Shown here in pieces: positions 34,146-42,386 of a DNA stretch of 64,000 nt. The DNA lies in contig JAEFAM010000001.1 of the NCBI GenBank assembly GCA_016287565.1, forward strand, positions 137,344 to 201,343. Direction: 5' to 3'. The notes beneath the pieces were generated by a model that was given only the letters and a program-made list of their open reading frames with translations, did no database searches and was not told the origin of the DNA. Origin of the DNA: Clostridia bacterium (GTDB lineage: Bacteria; Bacillota; Clostridia; UBA1212; UBA1255). Numbering within the stretch: position 1 is the stretch's first letter; every line of letters starts with the position of its first letter. Both the position numbers and the translations under genes were made by a program.

Positions 34146-35720
34146 TCAGTTCCTTTCCGCGCCGGGATCCTCTCTGAGGAGGAATTCCAGCACCGCGTCC
34201 TTCATTTCGTCTTTATCGCATACTCCCGTGTGGAGCAGCGGCTTTTTATCGAGGCCTCTGAGGGGGAGAGGTATGTCAAGTCCCGTCATTTCCGAAAGCT
34301 TCTGCTGTACGGCAAATTCGCTTGAATCCTTCGGGCAGTCGAATATGGATTCCGCCACGCTGCCGTTGAACTTGAACGGGCTGGCCGTGGCAACGGCAAC
34401 GGTGGGAGTGAGGTCGCCGGTGGATATGACGTACTTGTCGAATACGTTGACGCCTACCGCCGTGTGAGGGTCGATAAGATAATCGTACTGATTCCATACG
34501 TCGGAGATCGTGCGGCGGGTCTCTTCTTCCGTTGACGAATCCGACCAGAACAGGCTGGATATGCCTGAGAGCGTGCTCCTGTCAACGTTGTAGCATCCCG
34601 CGCTGCTCAGTTCGGCCATCAGTTTAGACGTGGTCTTTTCGTCTTCGCAGGACATATCGTACACGAGGCGCTCCAGGTTCGAGGAGATCAGTATGTCCAT
34701 GGCGGGGGAGATGGTCACTTTGAATTCCCGGTTGGCGTTGTAGAATCCGGTGTGGATGAAGTCCGACACCACCGAATTGGAGTTGGTTGCGCAGATCAGG
34801 CGGCCGATGGGCAGCCCGTTTTTGTACGCGTAGTACGCTGCCAGGATGTCGCCGAAATTGCCCGTGGGGACAACGAAATTCACCGGAGCGCCCAGGTTTA
34901 TCCGCTCTGCGCGGACAAGGCTGAAGTATGCGTGGAAATAGTACACCACCTGGGGGATCAGGCGGCCGATGTTTATGGAATTGGCGGAGGACAACCGGTA
35001 TCCGCACTCTTTGAGGAGCGCTTTGAACTCGTCGTCGCCGAATATCTTTTTTACGCCTGTCTGGGCGTCGTCGAAATTGCCCCTGACCGCCGCGACCCGG
35101 ACGTTTTTGCCTTCCTGGGTCTGCATCTGGGTGCGCTGCATCTCGCTGACGCCGTTTTCGGGGAAGAATACCATTATGTCGATGCCCTCGGCGTCGCGGA
35201 AACCTTCCATTGCCGCCTTGCCGGTGTCGCCGCTGGTGGCGGTGAGGATGGCGATCTTTTCATTGGCGAAGGGAGCCGCGCCGTTCTGGGCGGTGGAGCC
35301 GGATGAGCCGCCGGCATTGTCCTGCCTCTTTTTGAGAGCCACCGACATAAATGCGGGCAGCACCTGCAGCGCCATATCCTTGAACGCCGCCGTGGGTCCG
35401 TGCCACAGTTCCAGCACGCTGAGCGTTTCGTTGAGCCGCGTCAACGGCGCCGGATCCCTGCCGTCGAACCTGCTGCCCGAACCGTACGCCCGGTCAACGC
35501 AGTATTCGATCTCGCCGTCGGTGAGATCTTCCGCGTATCTGCGGAAAATATGGGCCGCCAGCGCCTTGTAGTCCATCTCGCACATCTCGGCCAGTTCGAG
35601 AGAATCGAACTTTATATCCTGCTCGGGCACGAAGAGGCCTCCGTCCGCGGCAATGCCTTTCAGCACCGCTTCCGAAAAGCCGATCCCTTTTTCTCCGCCC
35701 CTTGTGCTCTTGTAACTCAT
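34146..35720 (-). CDS. thrC: Threonine synthase.
   Basis: MSYKSTRGG N-terminus, PLP-fold motifs (SGDTGKAAMEGF, PTGNFGDILAAYYA). The ORF extends to 35786 (TTG), but the conserved STRG N-terminus favours ATG 35720. The start is uncertain. Confidence 0.85.
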   Translation of the reverse strand: MSYKSTRGGEKGIGFSEAVLKGIAADGGLFVPEQDIKFDSLELAEMCEMDYKALAAHIFRRYAEDLTDGEIEYCVDRAYGSGSRFDGRDPAPLTRLNETLSVLELWHGPTAAFKDMALQVLPAFMSVALKKRQDNAGGSSGSTAQNGAAPFANEKIAILTATSGDTGKAAMEGFRDAEGIDIMVFFPENGVSEMQRTQMQTQEGKNVRVAAVRGNFDDAQTGVKKIFGDDEFKALLKECGYRLSSANSINIGRLIPQVVYYFHAYFSLVRAERINLGAPVNFVVPTGNFGDILAAYYAYKNGLPIGRLICATNSNSVVSDFIHTGFYNANREFKVTISPAMDILISSNLERLVYDMSCEDEKTTSKLMAELSSAGCYNVDRSTLSGISSLFWSDSSTEEETRRTISDVWNQYDYLIDPHTAVGVNVFDKYVISTGDLTPTVAVATASPFKFNGSVAESIFDCPKDSSEFAVQQKLSEMTGLDIPLPLRGLDKKPLLHTGVCDKDEMKDAVLEFLLREDPGAERN

Positions 35721-35851
35721 CCTCAGCTCAGATCCTTTCGTCCGGACCCGGCGCTCTTCCGCCTGTCCGGGCTTTCGCGACGTCAACGCCTCCGTTGCGG
35801 CATTAACTGAATAATACTATATCATTTAAGCTGGAAATTCAAGAGGGTGCA

Positions 35852-36057
35852 GCAGGGGACAGAGGAGCAACGGGGGACAGACCCCGGTTGCCGATGCCGG
35901 AAACGCAAGTCTGTCCGCGAATCGTTTGACGGCACGAATTTTGGAAAGACAAAATTCTTACCCGTCTAAACGACTTCGCGCCGGTTTTGTAATAAGGAAA
36001 CAGAAGTCTGTTCCTCATTTCCTGGCGGGGAAACAGAAGTCTGTCCCTCGTTCGCGG
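35852..36057 (-). repeat. Dispersed repeat element E9 (partial A+, A-, B-, C, D, A-, A-).
   Basis: ...CAACGGGGGACAGAC; GGAAACGCAAGTCTGTCCGCG AATCGTTTGACGGCACGAA TTTTGGAAAGACAAAATTCTTACCCGTCTAAACGACTTCGCG ...TAATAAGGAAACAGAAGTCTGTTCC...CAGAAGTCTGTCCCTCGTTCGCGG. Confidence 0.8.
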
Positions 36058-36138
36058 TTGAAGACAGCGGGCCTTATGTGGTATATTATTGGAAGAATAT
36101 TGACCCTGTTGACGCGGACGACGCGGGAGGGAGCAGAA

Positions 36139-36906
36139 GTGGAACGCAAAAAAGAGAGTGTTGACCGGAAGAGCGGAGCAGGCGGGGAGAAACTGCCTGT
36201 GGTCGCCGTCGTTCTTGCCGCGGGCAAGGGCAGGCGCATGGGGACGGCGGTCCCGAAGCAGTTTGCCGAAGCGGAAGGGCGGCCGGTGCTGGCCTATACT
36301 GTGGAAAAGTTCCAGGAACACCCGGAAGTTGACGGGATCATCGTGATATGCGGCCGCGGAAGCAGGAAAATTGTCACCGAAATATGCAAAAAAAGCAATT
36401 TCTCGAAAGTCAAGCGCGTTGCCGCCGGAGGAAGGACCAGGCGCGAGTCCTCATACAAGGGGGTCAAGGCCGCCGAAAAGCTGTACGGCGACTGCGTGGT
36501 TCTGATCCACGACGCGGCGAGGCCCAACGTGACCGGGAGCGTGATCTCGGACAATATCCGCCTGGCAAAGAAGTTCGGCGCCTGCGTAACGGCGGCCAGG
36601 GCCGTCGACACGGTAGTGACCAGCGTCGACGGGCAGCTGATTTCGGGCCTCATCCCCAGGGACACGGTCTGGACGGTCCAGACGCCCCAGTCCTTCCGGC
36701 TCGGCGTGATCCTGAACGCCCACGAACTGTACGAACAATCGATCGCCGCAGGAGAAAACGTCCCCGATATCACCGACGACGGAAGCCTGGTGAGGTTTGC
36801 CGGCGGCGAAGTTGCCATCTGCGAATCCGGCCGCGACAATTTTAAATTGACGGTTCCCGCCGATCTGGAACTGTTCCGGGCGATGCTGAAAAGAGGGAAA
36901 ACGTAA
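36139..36906 (+). CDS. ispD: IspD/TarI-family cytidylyltransferase (2-C-methyl-D-erythritol 4-phosphate or ribitol-5-phosphate cytidylyltransferase).
   Basis: LPVVAVVLAAGKGRRMG...PKQF...HDAARP...VQTPQSF. GTG start preceded by GGGAGG. The ORF frame extends upstream into the repeat. IspD versus TarI cannot be distinguished from the sequence alone. Confidence 0.7.
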   Translation: MERKKESVDRKSGAGGEKLPVVAVVLAAGKGRRMGTAVPKQFAEAEGRPVLAYTVEKFQEHPEVDGIIVICGRGSRKIVTEICKKSNFSKVKRVAAGGRTRRESSYKGVKAAEKLYGDCVVLIHDAARPNVTGSVISDNIRLAKKFGACVTAARAVDTVVTSVDGQLISGLIPRDTVWTVQTPQSFRLGVILNAHELYEQSIAAGENVPDITDDGSLVRFAGGEVAICESGRDNFKLTVPADLELFRAMLKRGKT

Positions 36907-38427
36907 ATGAAGAACCCGCAAAATTATTTAAGATCCGGCAATTCCGAACGTTCCCGGTTGAAACTGTCCGAAAACGCCAAGACCGCCCTGCTGGCCACCA
37001 TCAGCAGCCTGCTGTTCCTTGTCCTCATCTTCGCCACTTACGGCAAGGCAGGCTCCGACGCCTATAAAAAGCACGGTTCCTTCGACAGCTACACGCTGCA
37101 GGCGCTGGCATGGCGCAGAGGCGAGGCCAAACTTGACCAGAACTATCCGCACCTGGAGCTGGCGATCATCAACCGGGAGTGGCTGGCGACCCACGACAAG
37201 GACGACTATATGGCGTACCGGGAGACCTTCGGAGACGTGAACGCCCCGATCCAGCACGTTGAGGGCAACGAATATTACGTCAGTTTCCCGCCCACGCCCT
37301 CTGTCCCCATGCTGTTGCTCAGCTTCATTTTCGGCCGCCAGACGCCGGACAATTTCATGACCATATTGTACGTGGTGGGTTCCTTCGCCCTTGCCATCTT
37401 AATAGGCAGGCGGCTCAAATACGGCTGCATCGCCTCGCTGGCAGGAGGGTTGCTATCCTGCGCAGCCTCCGGAGCCTTCTTCCTGGCGGCCGACAAATAC
37501 GCCGGAGGCCCCTGGTTCGCCGCCCAGACGCTGAGTATGCTGTTGACGCTGGCCGCGTTTTACACCATGCTGAGCGAGCGGAAGATAGGCATGTACCTGG
37601 CCTTCGCGTTCCTTGCCCTGGCCGTGGGCTGCAGGCCTTTCCAGATAATCTACTTCGTGCTGCTGGCATACGTTGCCGCGAAAAAATACGATTTCAAGAT
37701 CTTAAAAACGTGGAAATATTACGTGGCTCCGGCGCTCATCGGCGGGGCCTATATGTGGTACAACTACATCCGCTTCGGCAATATCCTGGAATTCGGCCAC
37801 AACTACCTGCCTGAATTCATGCGCACCGAATACAGCAAATTCGCTCTGGAAAACGTGAAGGGCAATATTTCCCCGTATTTCAAGACTTTTCCCACGTACA
37901 ACAACGGAAAACTGGAATTTTCCCAGTACGGATTTACGTTCTACGTTTCAAACGTGATATTCATTCTGGCCGGACTGGCGCTGCTGCTGTTCGCCGCCTA
38001 CGCCATACTGAGATTCATTGACCTCCGCAAAAAGGGAGGCGGTCCCGGCAATGCCGTCGGAGAGGCGATCGCACTTCCGGACACGGTGGAAACGGCAAGG
38101 AAATTCTCCGTCTTCCGCGACACTCCCGTAGTGGAAGTTATTATTTTGACGGTATGCGGGGCGATCGAACTCTTCCTCCTTATGATGCACCGCACCGCCG
38201 GCGGATGGCAGTTCGGCATGCGCTACACTGTGGACATCGTTCCCGCAGCGCTGCTTCTCATCGGATATTCCGTCAAACCCTTCTTCCGCAAAGTGAAATG
38301 TTACGGCCCGGACAAAACGTCTAAATTCGCCCTTATGGCCCGTGGCGCCCTCGTTTTGCTGGGAGCGGTCCTGGTGGTATTCGGCATGTGGCTGAATATC
38401 TACGGATCGTATCTGTTGCTGAAATAA
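36907..38427 (+). CDS. Polytopic membrane protein, possibly a GT-C-fold glycosyltransferase. Start abuts the cytidylyltransferase stop (TAAATG).
   Basis: About 12 predicted TM helices with an extracytoplasmic loop after TM1. 506 aa. No specific family recognised. Confidence 0.65.
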   Translation: MKNPQNYLRSGNSERSRLKLSENAKTALLATISSLLFLVLIFATYGKAGSDAYKKHGSFDSYTLQALAWRRGEAKLDQNYPHLELAIINREWLATHDKDDYMAYRETFGDVNAPIQHVEGNEYYVSFPPTPSVPMLLLSFIFGRQTPDNFMTILYVVGSFALAILIGRRLKYGCIASLAGGLLSCAASGAFFLAADKYAGGPWFAAQTLSMLLTLAAFYTMLSERKIGMYLAFAFLALAVGCRPFQIIYFVLLAYVAAKKYDFKILKTWKYYVAPALIGGAYMWYNYIRFGNILEFGHNYLPEFMRTEYSKFALENVKGNISPYFKTFPTYNNGKLEFSQYGFTFYVSNVIFILAGLALLLFAAYAILRFIDLRKKGGGPGNAVGEAIALPDTVETARKFSVFRDTPVVEVIILTVCGAIELFLLMMHRTAGGWQFGMRYTVDIVPAALLLIGYSVKPFFRKVKCYGPDKTSKFALMARGALVLLGAVLVVFGMWLNIYGSYLLLK

Positions 38428-38442
38428 ACGCTTTTTAAACGG

Positions 38443-38560
38443 TAATATATTTCCCGGGAAATATTACACGGCGTCGGGAAATAACCGTAAATTTCGAAAA
38501 ACGCCGCGTAAATTCCGGAAAATTACGGAAAAACCCGGGAAATTCCGGGAAAAGTCCGGC
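38443..38560. repeat. Second cluster of TTTCCCGGGAAA-type palindromes (ATATTTCCCGGGAAATATTAC; AACCCGGGAAATTCCGGGAAAAG) upstream of GH36-like gene #2.
   Basis: Same motifs as 28550-28660. Confidence 0.6.
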
Positions 38561-38597
38561 AATGCCGGCGAACAAAAGGAAATCAGGAGTTGTTGTT

Positions 38598-40643
38598 ATG
38601 AAACCGTCAAAAACAGATCTTGCCCTCGGAAAATATCTGCCCCGCTTCACCGAAAGCGGCATCGTCCCCTTCAGCTACAAGCTCGACGGAGTTGCCTATA
38701 ATGGCATCCCCGCGGAATTTTCGCCCAAAGCGGAAACGCGTAAGATCGACGCCAACATCATCTTCTCGGTGATCACCGGCAGGACGCCCGCGGGCCTGGA
38801 GCTCAGGGCCGAATGCAAAGAATATATCGATTATCCCGTGACCGAATGGGTCATGTCTATGACGAACACGGACTCCGCGAATTCGGCGGTGATAACCGGC
38901 TGGCAGGCAGAAGCGGAATTTCCGTTGACGCCATTCAACGAGGAGGCTCCGGAGCCGCGGGACGGGAAAAATAACGCGAAACTTCTCCACGGCAACGGCG
39001 ACAACGTCACCGATCAGGGCTACTCCTGGTTCGTTGACGCGCTGTGCCCCGAGCCCCTCTGCATCGCGCCCTCGGGAGACGGGACCTCCTGCAACGGCGC
39101 ATTCCCGTACATGCGGCTGATCCTGGACGGGTACGACGTCAATATCGCCGTGGGCTGGACCGGGACCTGGCAGCTGACCGCCTCCGAGAGCGGCGGGACC
39201 GTCAAGATCGCTGCGTCTCAGAAGCGTTTCAACACCTACCTCGAACCCGGTGAGACGGTGCGCACCCCGCTGCTGGTGCTCCAGACCGCTTCCGACTGCC
39301 GCGAACGGGGGACAGACTTGCGTTCGGCCGGATGCGACCAGGACGCTGCCCGCAACCTCTGGCGCAGCTGGTACATCGACCACGTGCTGCCCAGGCAGGA
39401 CGGCAGACCCCTTCAGCCCAAGCTGGTGCTCCACACGTTCATGATAGATGGATTGCCCGAATTTTGCGGCGTCACCGAAGAAAACCAGCTAAAAGCGATA
39501 CAGACGTATATTGACCGCCGCCTCAAACCGGACATCTGGTGGATCGACGCAGGCTGGTACCCCTGCAACAACAACTGGCCCACGGGCACCGGCAACTGGT
39601 TCCCGAACCCGGATCATTTCCCCGACGGCATGCATAAGGTCGGAGAAATATGCAAGGCAAACGGCATCGACCTGCTGCTCTGGTTCGAGCCGGAGCGCGT
39701 CTACCGTAACACGGAGCTTTGGAACGACCACCCCGAATATCTGATCTTCGGTGCCCCCGAGGACGACAACGCACTCCTGTTTCTGGGCGATCCCGCCGCC
39801 CGCAGGTGGATCACCGACCGTGTGGACAACGTCATCAAAGAGGCCGGGGTCAATGTCTACCGCCAGGATTTCAACTTCGCGCCTGCGAGCTACTGGGCCC
39901 GCGGCGAGGCGGACAACAGGCAGGGCATTCACGAAAACCTGCATATCCAGGGCTATTATGCATTCTGGGACGAGCTGCTCAGGCGCAACCCCGGGCTCTG
40001 GATCGACTCCTGCTCCTCCGGCGGCCGCCGCAACGACATAGAAACCATGAAGCGCGCCGTGCCCCTCCACTACACCGACATCGGCTACGGCCACCATCCC
40101 ACCAAACAGAAGCAGCACCGCCAGATGTTCGAGTGGATACCATATTTCCGCGCCCACAATATGAGCTGGGACAGGCCAGACGGCACCTACGGCGGCAATA
40201 TGCCCGTTGACGAGTTCGCGTACCAGAACGCCCTCACGCCCTCCGTCACCTCGATGATAGAGTGGAACGACCCGGAGGAGCGGTTCGAGATCGGCCGCGC
40301 GTTCCATCCCATCTGGCGAAAAGCGGCCGAGATCATGCTCCGCGCCGATTACTACCCGTTGACCGAGACCAACGCCAGCCCCGCCGACTGGTATGCCATG
40401 CAGTTCTACGATCCGGAGCGCCGGGACGGTTTCGTCCAGGTGATACGTAATATTGCCGTCGAGGATGGCCGGACGACGCTTTTCGGCTTCGTTCCGGAGG
40501 AAAATCTCCACAGGATCTACCGGTTCTACGACCCGGTCTCCAATCAGGTCTGGACCATGTCCGGCGAGAATTTCCGCTCGGGCGGCTTCGAGGAGACGCT
40601 CCCGAAACGCAGCGGCAGGATCTGGTTCTATTGTGTTTTGTGA
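38598..40643 (+). CDS. GH36-like glycoside hydrolase, cytoplasmic paralog of 4418-6541, carrying a 9-aa in-frame repeat-derived insertion.
   Basis: WWIDAGWY, LLLWFEPE, YRQDFNF, CSSGGRRND motifs. RBS AGGAG. CRERGTDLRS is extra relative to the paralog. Confidence 0.8.
   Translation: MKPSKTDLALGKYLPRFTESGIVPFSYKLDGVAYNGIPAEFSPKAETRKIDANIIFSVITGRTPAGLELRAECKEYIDYPVTEWVMSMTNTDSANSAVITGWQAEAEFPLTPFNEEAPEPRDGKNNAKLLHGNGDNVTDQGYSWFVDALCPEPLCIAPSGDGTSCNGAFPYMRLILDGYDVNIAVGWTGTWQLTASESGGTVKIAASQKRFNTYLEPGETVRTPLLVLQTASDCRERGTDLRSAGCDQDAARNLWRSWYIDHVLPRQDGRPLQPKLVLHTFMIDGLPEFCGVTEENQLKAIQTYIDRRLKPDIWWIDAGWYPCNNNWPTGTGNWFPNPDHFPDGMHKVGEICKANGIDLLLWFEPERVYRNTELWNDHPEYLIFGAPEDDNALLFLGDPAARRWITDRVDNVIKEAGVNVYRQDFNFAPASYWARGEADNRQGIHENLHIQGYYAFWDELLRRNPGLWIDSCSSGGRRNDIETMKRAVPLHYTDIGYGHHPTKQKQHRQMFEWIPYFRAHNMSWDRPDGTYGGNMPVDEFAYQNALTPSVTSMIEWNDPEERFEIGRAFHPIWRKAAEIMLRADYYPLTETNASPADWYAMQFYDPERRDGFVQVIRNIAVEDGRTTLFGFVPEENLHRIYRFYDPVSNQVWTMSGENFRSGGFEETLPKRSGRIWFYCVL
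39299..39327 (+). repeat. Single repeat module A inserted in-frame in GH36-like gene #2.
   Basis: CGCGAACGGGGGACAGACTTGCGTTCGG. The paralog at 4418-6541 lacks these codons at the aligned position. Confidence 0.85.
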
Positions 40644-40756
40644 CCGGTTATGCTAAGATTCGTGAGTCCGCGGGCGTCTTTTTCAGGCGTACGGCGGGAC
40701 AATAAATCGCGCGGCCCATCGGCGAAAACGCAGGCGGGCGCGGCGGACAACGAGAT

Positions 40757-42088
40757 ATGAACGGCAGTTTTGACGACGACAACGACGTAGAGATCAGAAA
40801 GTTTGACGGGCAGGAGTCCGGCTTCGGGTCCGCGCGCCCTGAAGAGGGGAGCAGGGGGTCCGGCAACGGCGTTGACGGCAGTTACGCAAACTCCGACGGC
40901 GACGGCATTGGCCCGGCCGATAATACCGTCGATCCCAACGATCCCGCGCAGCCCAAAAAGAAAAAGCTGCCCCTGGGCGCTAAAATTGCCCTCATCGCCG
41001 TGATCGTCATCATCGTCATTGCCGCCGGCGCCTTCATCTTCGTAAATTGCACCGTTGACCGGTACATCGACAAGATCAACTACACCCACGACCCATACGA
41101 CCCCTTCGACACGGCGCCGATCCCCATCGACACGCTGCCCCCAGAGCTCGATCCCTGGTACGACGAGACCGACGAGCCGGATCCCACCGCCACCCCCGAA
41201 GCCACCGGAGACGTGCCAGGCACCGAAGTTCCGGCGGGATACACGCCCACCGCGGTACCCACGGCCACGCCGACGCCCACGCCCATACCCACCTCCGACG
41301 TTGACGACGAGGCGGATCTTCTTATGAGCGACAAAGTGTACAACATTCTGGTGATCGGCACCGACACAAGGGACGTTGACACGTTCCGGGGCAATTCCGA
41401 CGTCATCCTGCTTGTCTCTTTCAATTCGGCAACCAAAAAGATCTGGCTCACGTCCTTCCACCGGGACAGTTACGTGGAGATCCCCGGCGTCGGGCACAGA
41501 AAGATCAACAGCGCATACGCGTACGGAGGTGCCCGGCTGCTCCAGAGGACGCTGCAGGAAGACTTCCTGGTGGTGGCGCCCAACTATTGCATAATCAACT
41601 TCGACAGCTTCACGAAAGTGATCGACGCCGTGGGAGGCGTTGACATCACCATCACCAAAGAAGAGGCGGAGAAGGGCACCGTGCGCGGCATAAAAGAACC
41701 GGGCACCTACACGCTGAACGGCAAACAGGCGCTTGCGTACGCCAGGGAGAGGCACCTGGAGGGCGACGACTGGGGCAGGACCCAGCGGCACAGAAACGTG
41801 GTCTCCGCCCTCATCAAAAAGTTCAAGAACCAGAGCGTCACGCAGCTGTTGTCAACGATGGACGTGCTCCTGCCGCTCGTCACTACCAACATTCCCAAAA
41901 ACGAGATCAGGTCCCTGATCTACAAGGCGCCCGAGTACGCTCAATATTCGGTCCACGAGCTGAGCCTGCCCAGATCCGGCACCTGGCACAACGCCTACCT
42001 GAAGAGGACCCAGGAGACCGTCGTCATCGACAGCTTCTGGAGGAACGTGGTGGCGATCCGGGACAACGTCTACGCGGGAGCCCTGTGA
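40757..42088 (+). CDS. LytR-CpsA-Psr (LCP) family cell-envelope phosphotransferase with an acidic, disordered N-terminal region and one TM.
   Basis: VLVSFNSATKKIWLTSFHRDSYVEIPGVGHRKINSAYAYGG...ALAYARERH...RQRNVVSAL LCP motifs. TM IALIAVIVIIVIAAGAFIFV. Confidence 0.8.
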   Translation: MNGSFDDDNDVEIRKFDGQESGFGSARPEEGSRGSGNGVDGSYANSDGDGIGPADNTVDPNDPAQPKKKKLPLGAKIALIAVIVIIVIAAGAFIFVNCTVDRYIDKINYTHDPYDPFDTAPIPIDTLPPELDPWYDETDEPDPTATPEATGDVPGTEVPAGYTPTAVPTATPTPTPIPTSDVDDEADLLMSDKVYNILVIGTDTRDVDTFRGNSDVILLVSFNSATKKIWLTSFHRDSYVEIPGVGHRKINSAYAYGGARLLQRTLQEDFLVVAPNYCIINFDSFTKVIDAVGGVDITITKEEAEKGTVRGIKEPGTYTLNGKQALAYARERHLEGDDWGRTQRHRNVVSALIKKFKNQSVTQLLSTMDVLLPLVTTNIPKNEIRSLIYKAPEYAQYSVHELSLPRSGTWHNAYLKRTQETVVIDSFWRNVVAIRDNVYAGAL

Positions 42089-42196
42089 CGCTGTGACGCC
42101 TCCCGCACCGTCCGGAGGATCCGCGCAGTTCGCAGATCACAAAAAAGCCGTAAAACGCCTCGAAACAACGTCAAAACGACGTAAAAATCAGCAGAT

Positions 42197-42231
42197 CCGG
42201 CCCCGGCAGACCACCGGGGCCTTCGTTTTTT
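42197..42231 (+). terminator. Intrinsic terminator after the LCP gene.
   Basis: GGCCCCGG-cagaccac-CCGGGGCC followed by TTTTTT. Confidence 0.65.
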
Positions 42232-42241
42232 GCCATGCTGT

Positions 42242-42271
42242 TTGACTTCCCCGCCTCCCCGGTGATATAAT
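42242..42271 (+). promoter_or_regulatory. Putative sigma-A promoter (-35 TTGACT, 18 bp, -10 TATAAT) with an about 115-nt leader before the symporter gene.
   Basis: Hexamers read directly. Confidence 0.5.
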
Positions 42272-42386
42272 CCGGGATACCTCGGAACGGAGGCCTGTCA
42301 TCCGGCGCCCGAACTCCGGAGTATTTATCACAAAAGCACGTCAGTGACTCAGAACCATTGCAATCACAGAACGGGAGGACGGTAGT

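Noticed and set aside
35926-36138. Longer N-terminus for the ispD-like protein (ORF starts at 35926).
   Set aside because: The upstream codons are encoded by the dispersed repeat element (modules C/D/A). A GTG with a GGGAGG RBS at 36139 gives a canonical-length cytidylyltransferase.
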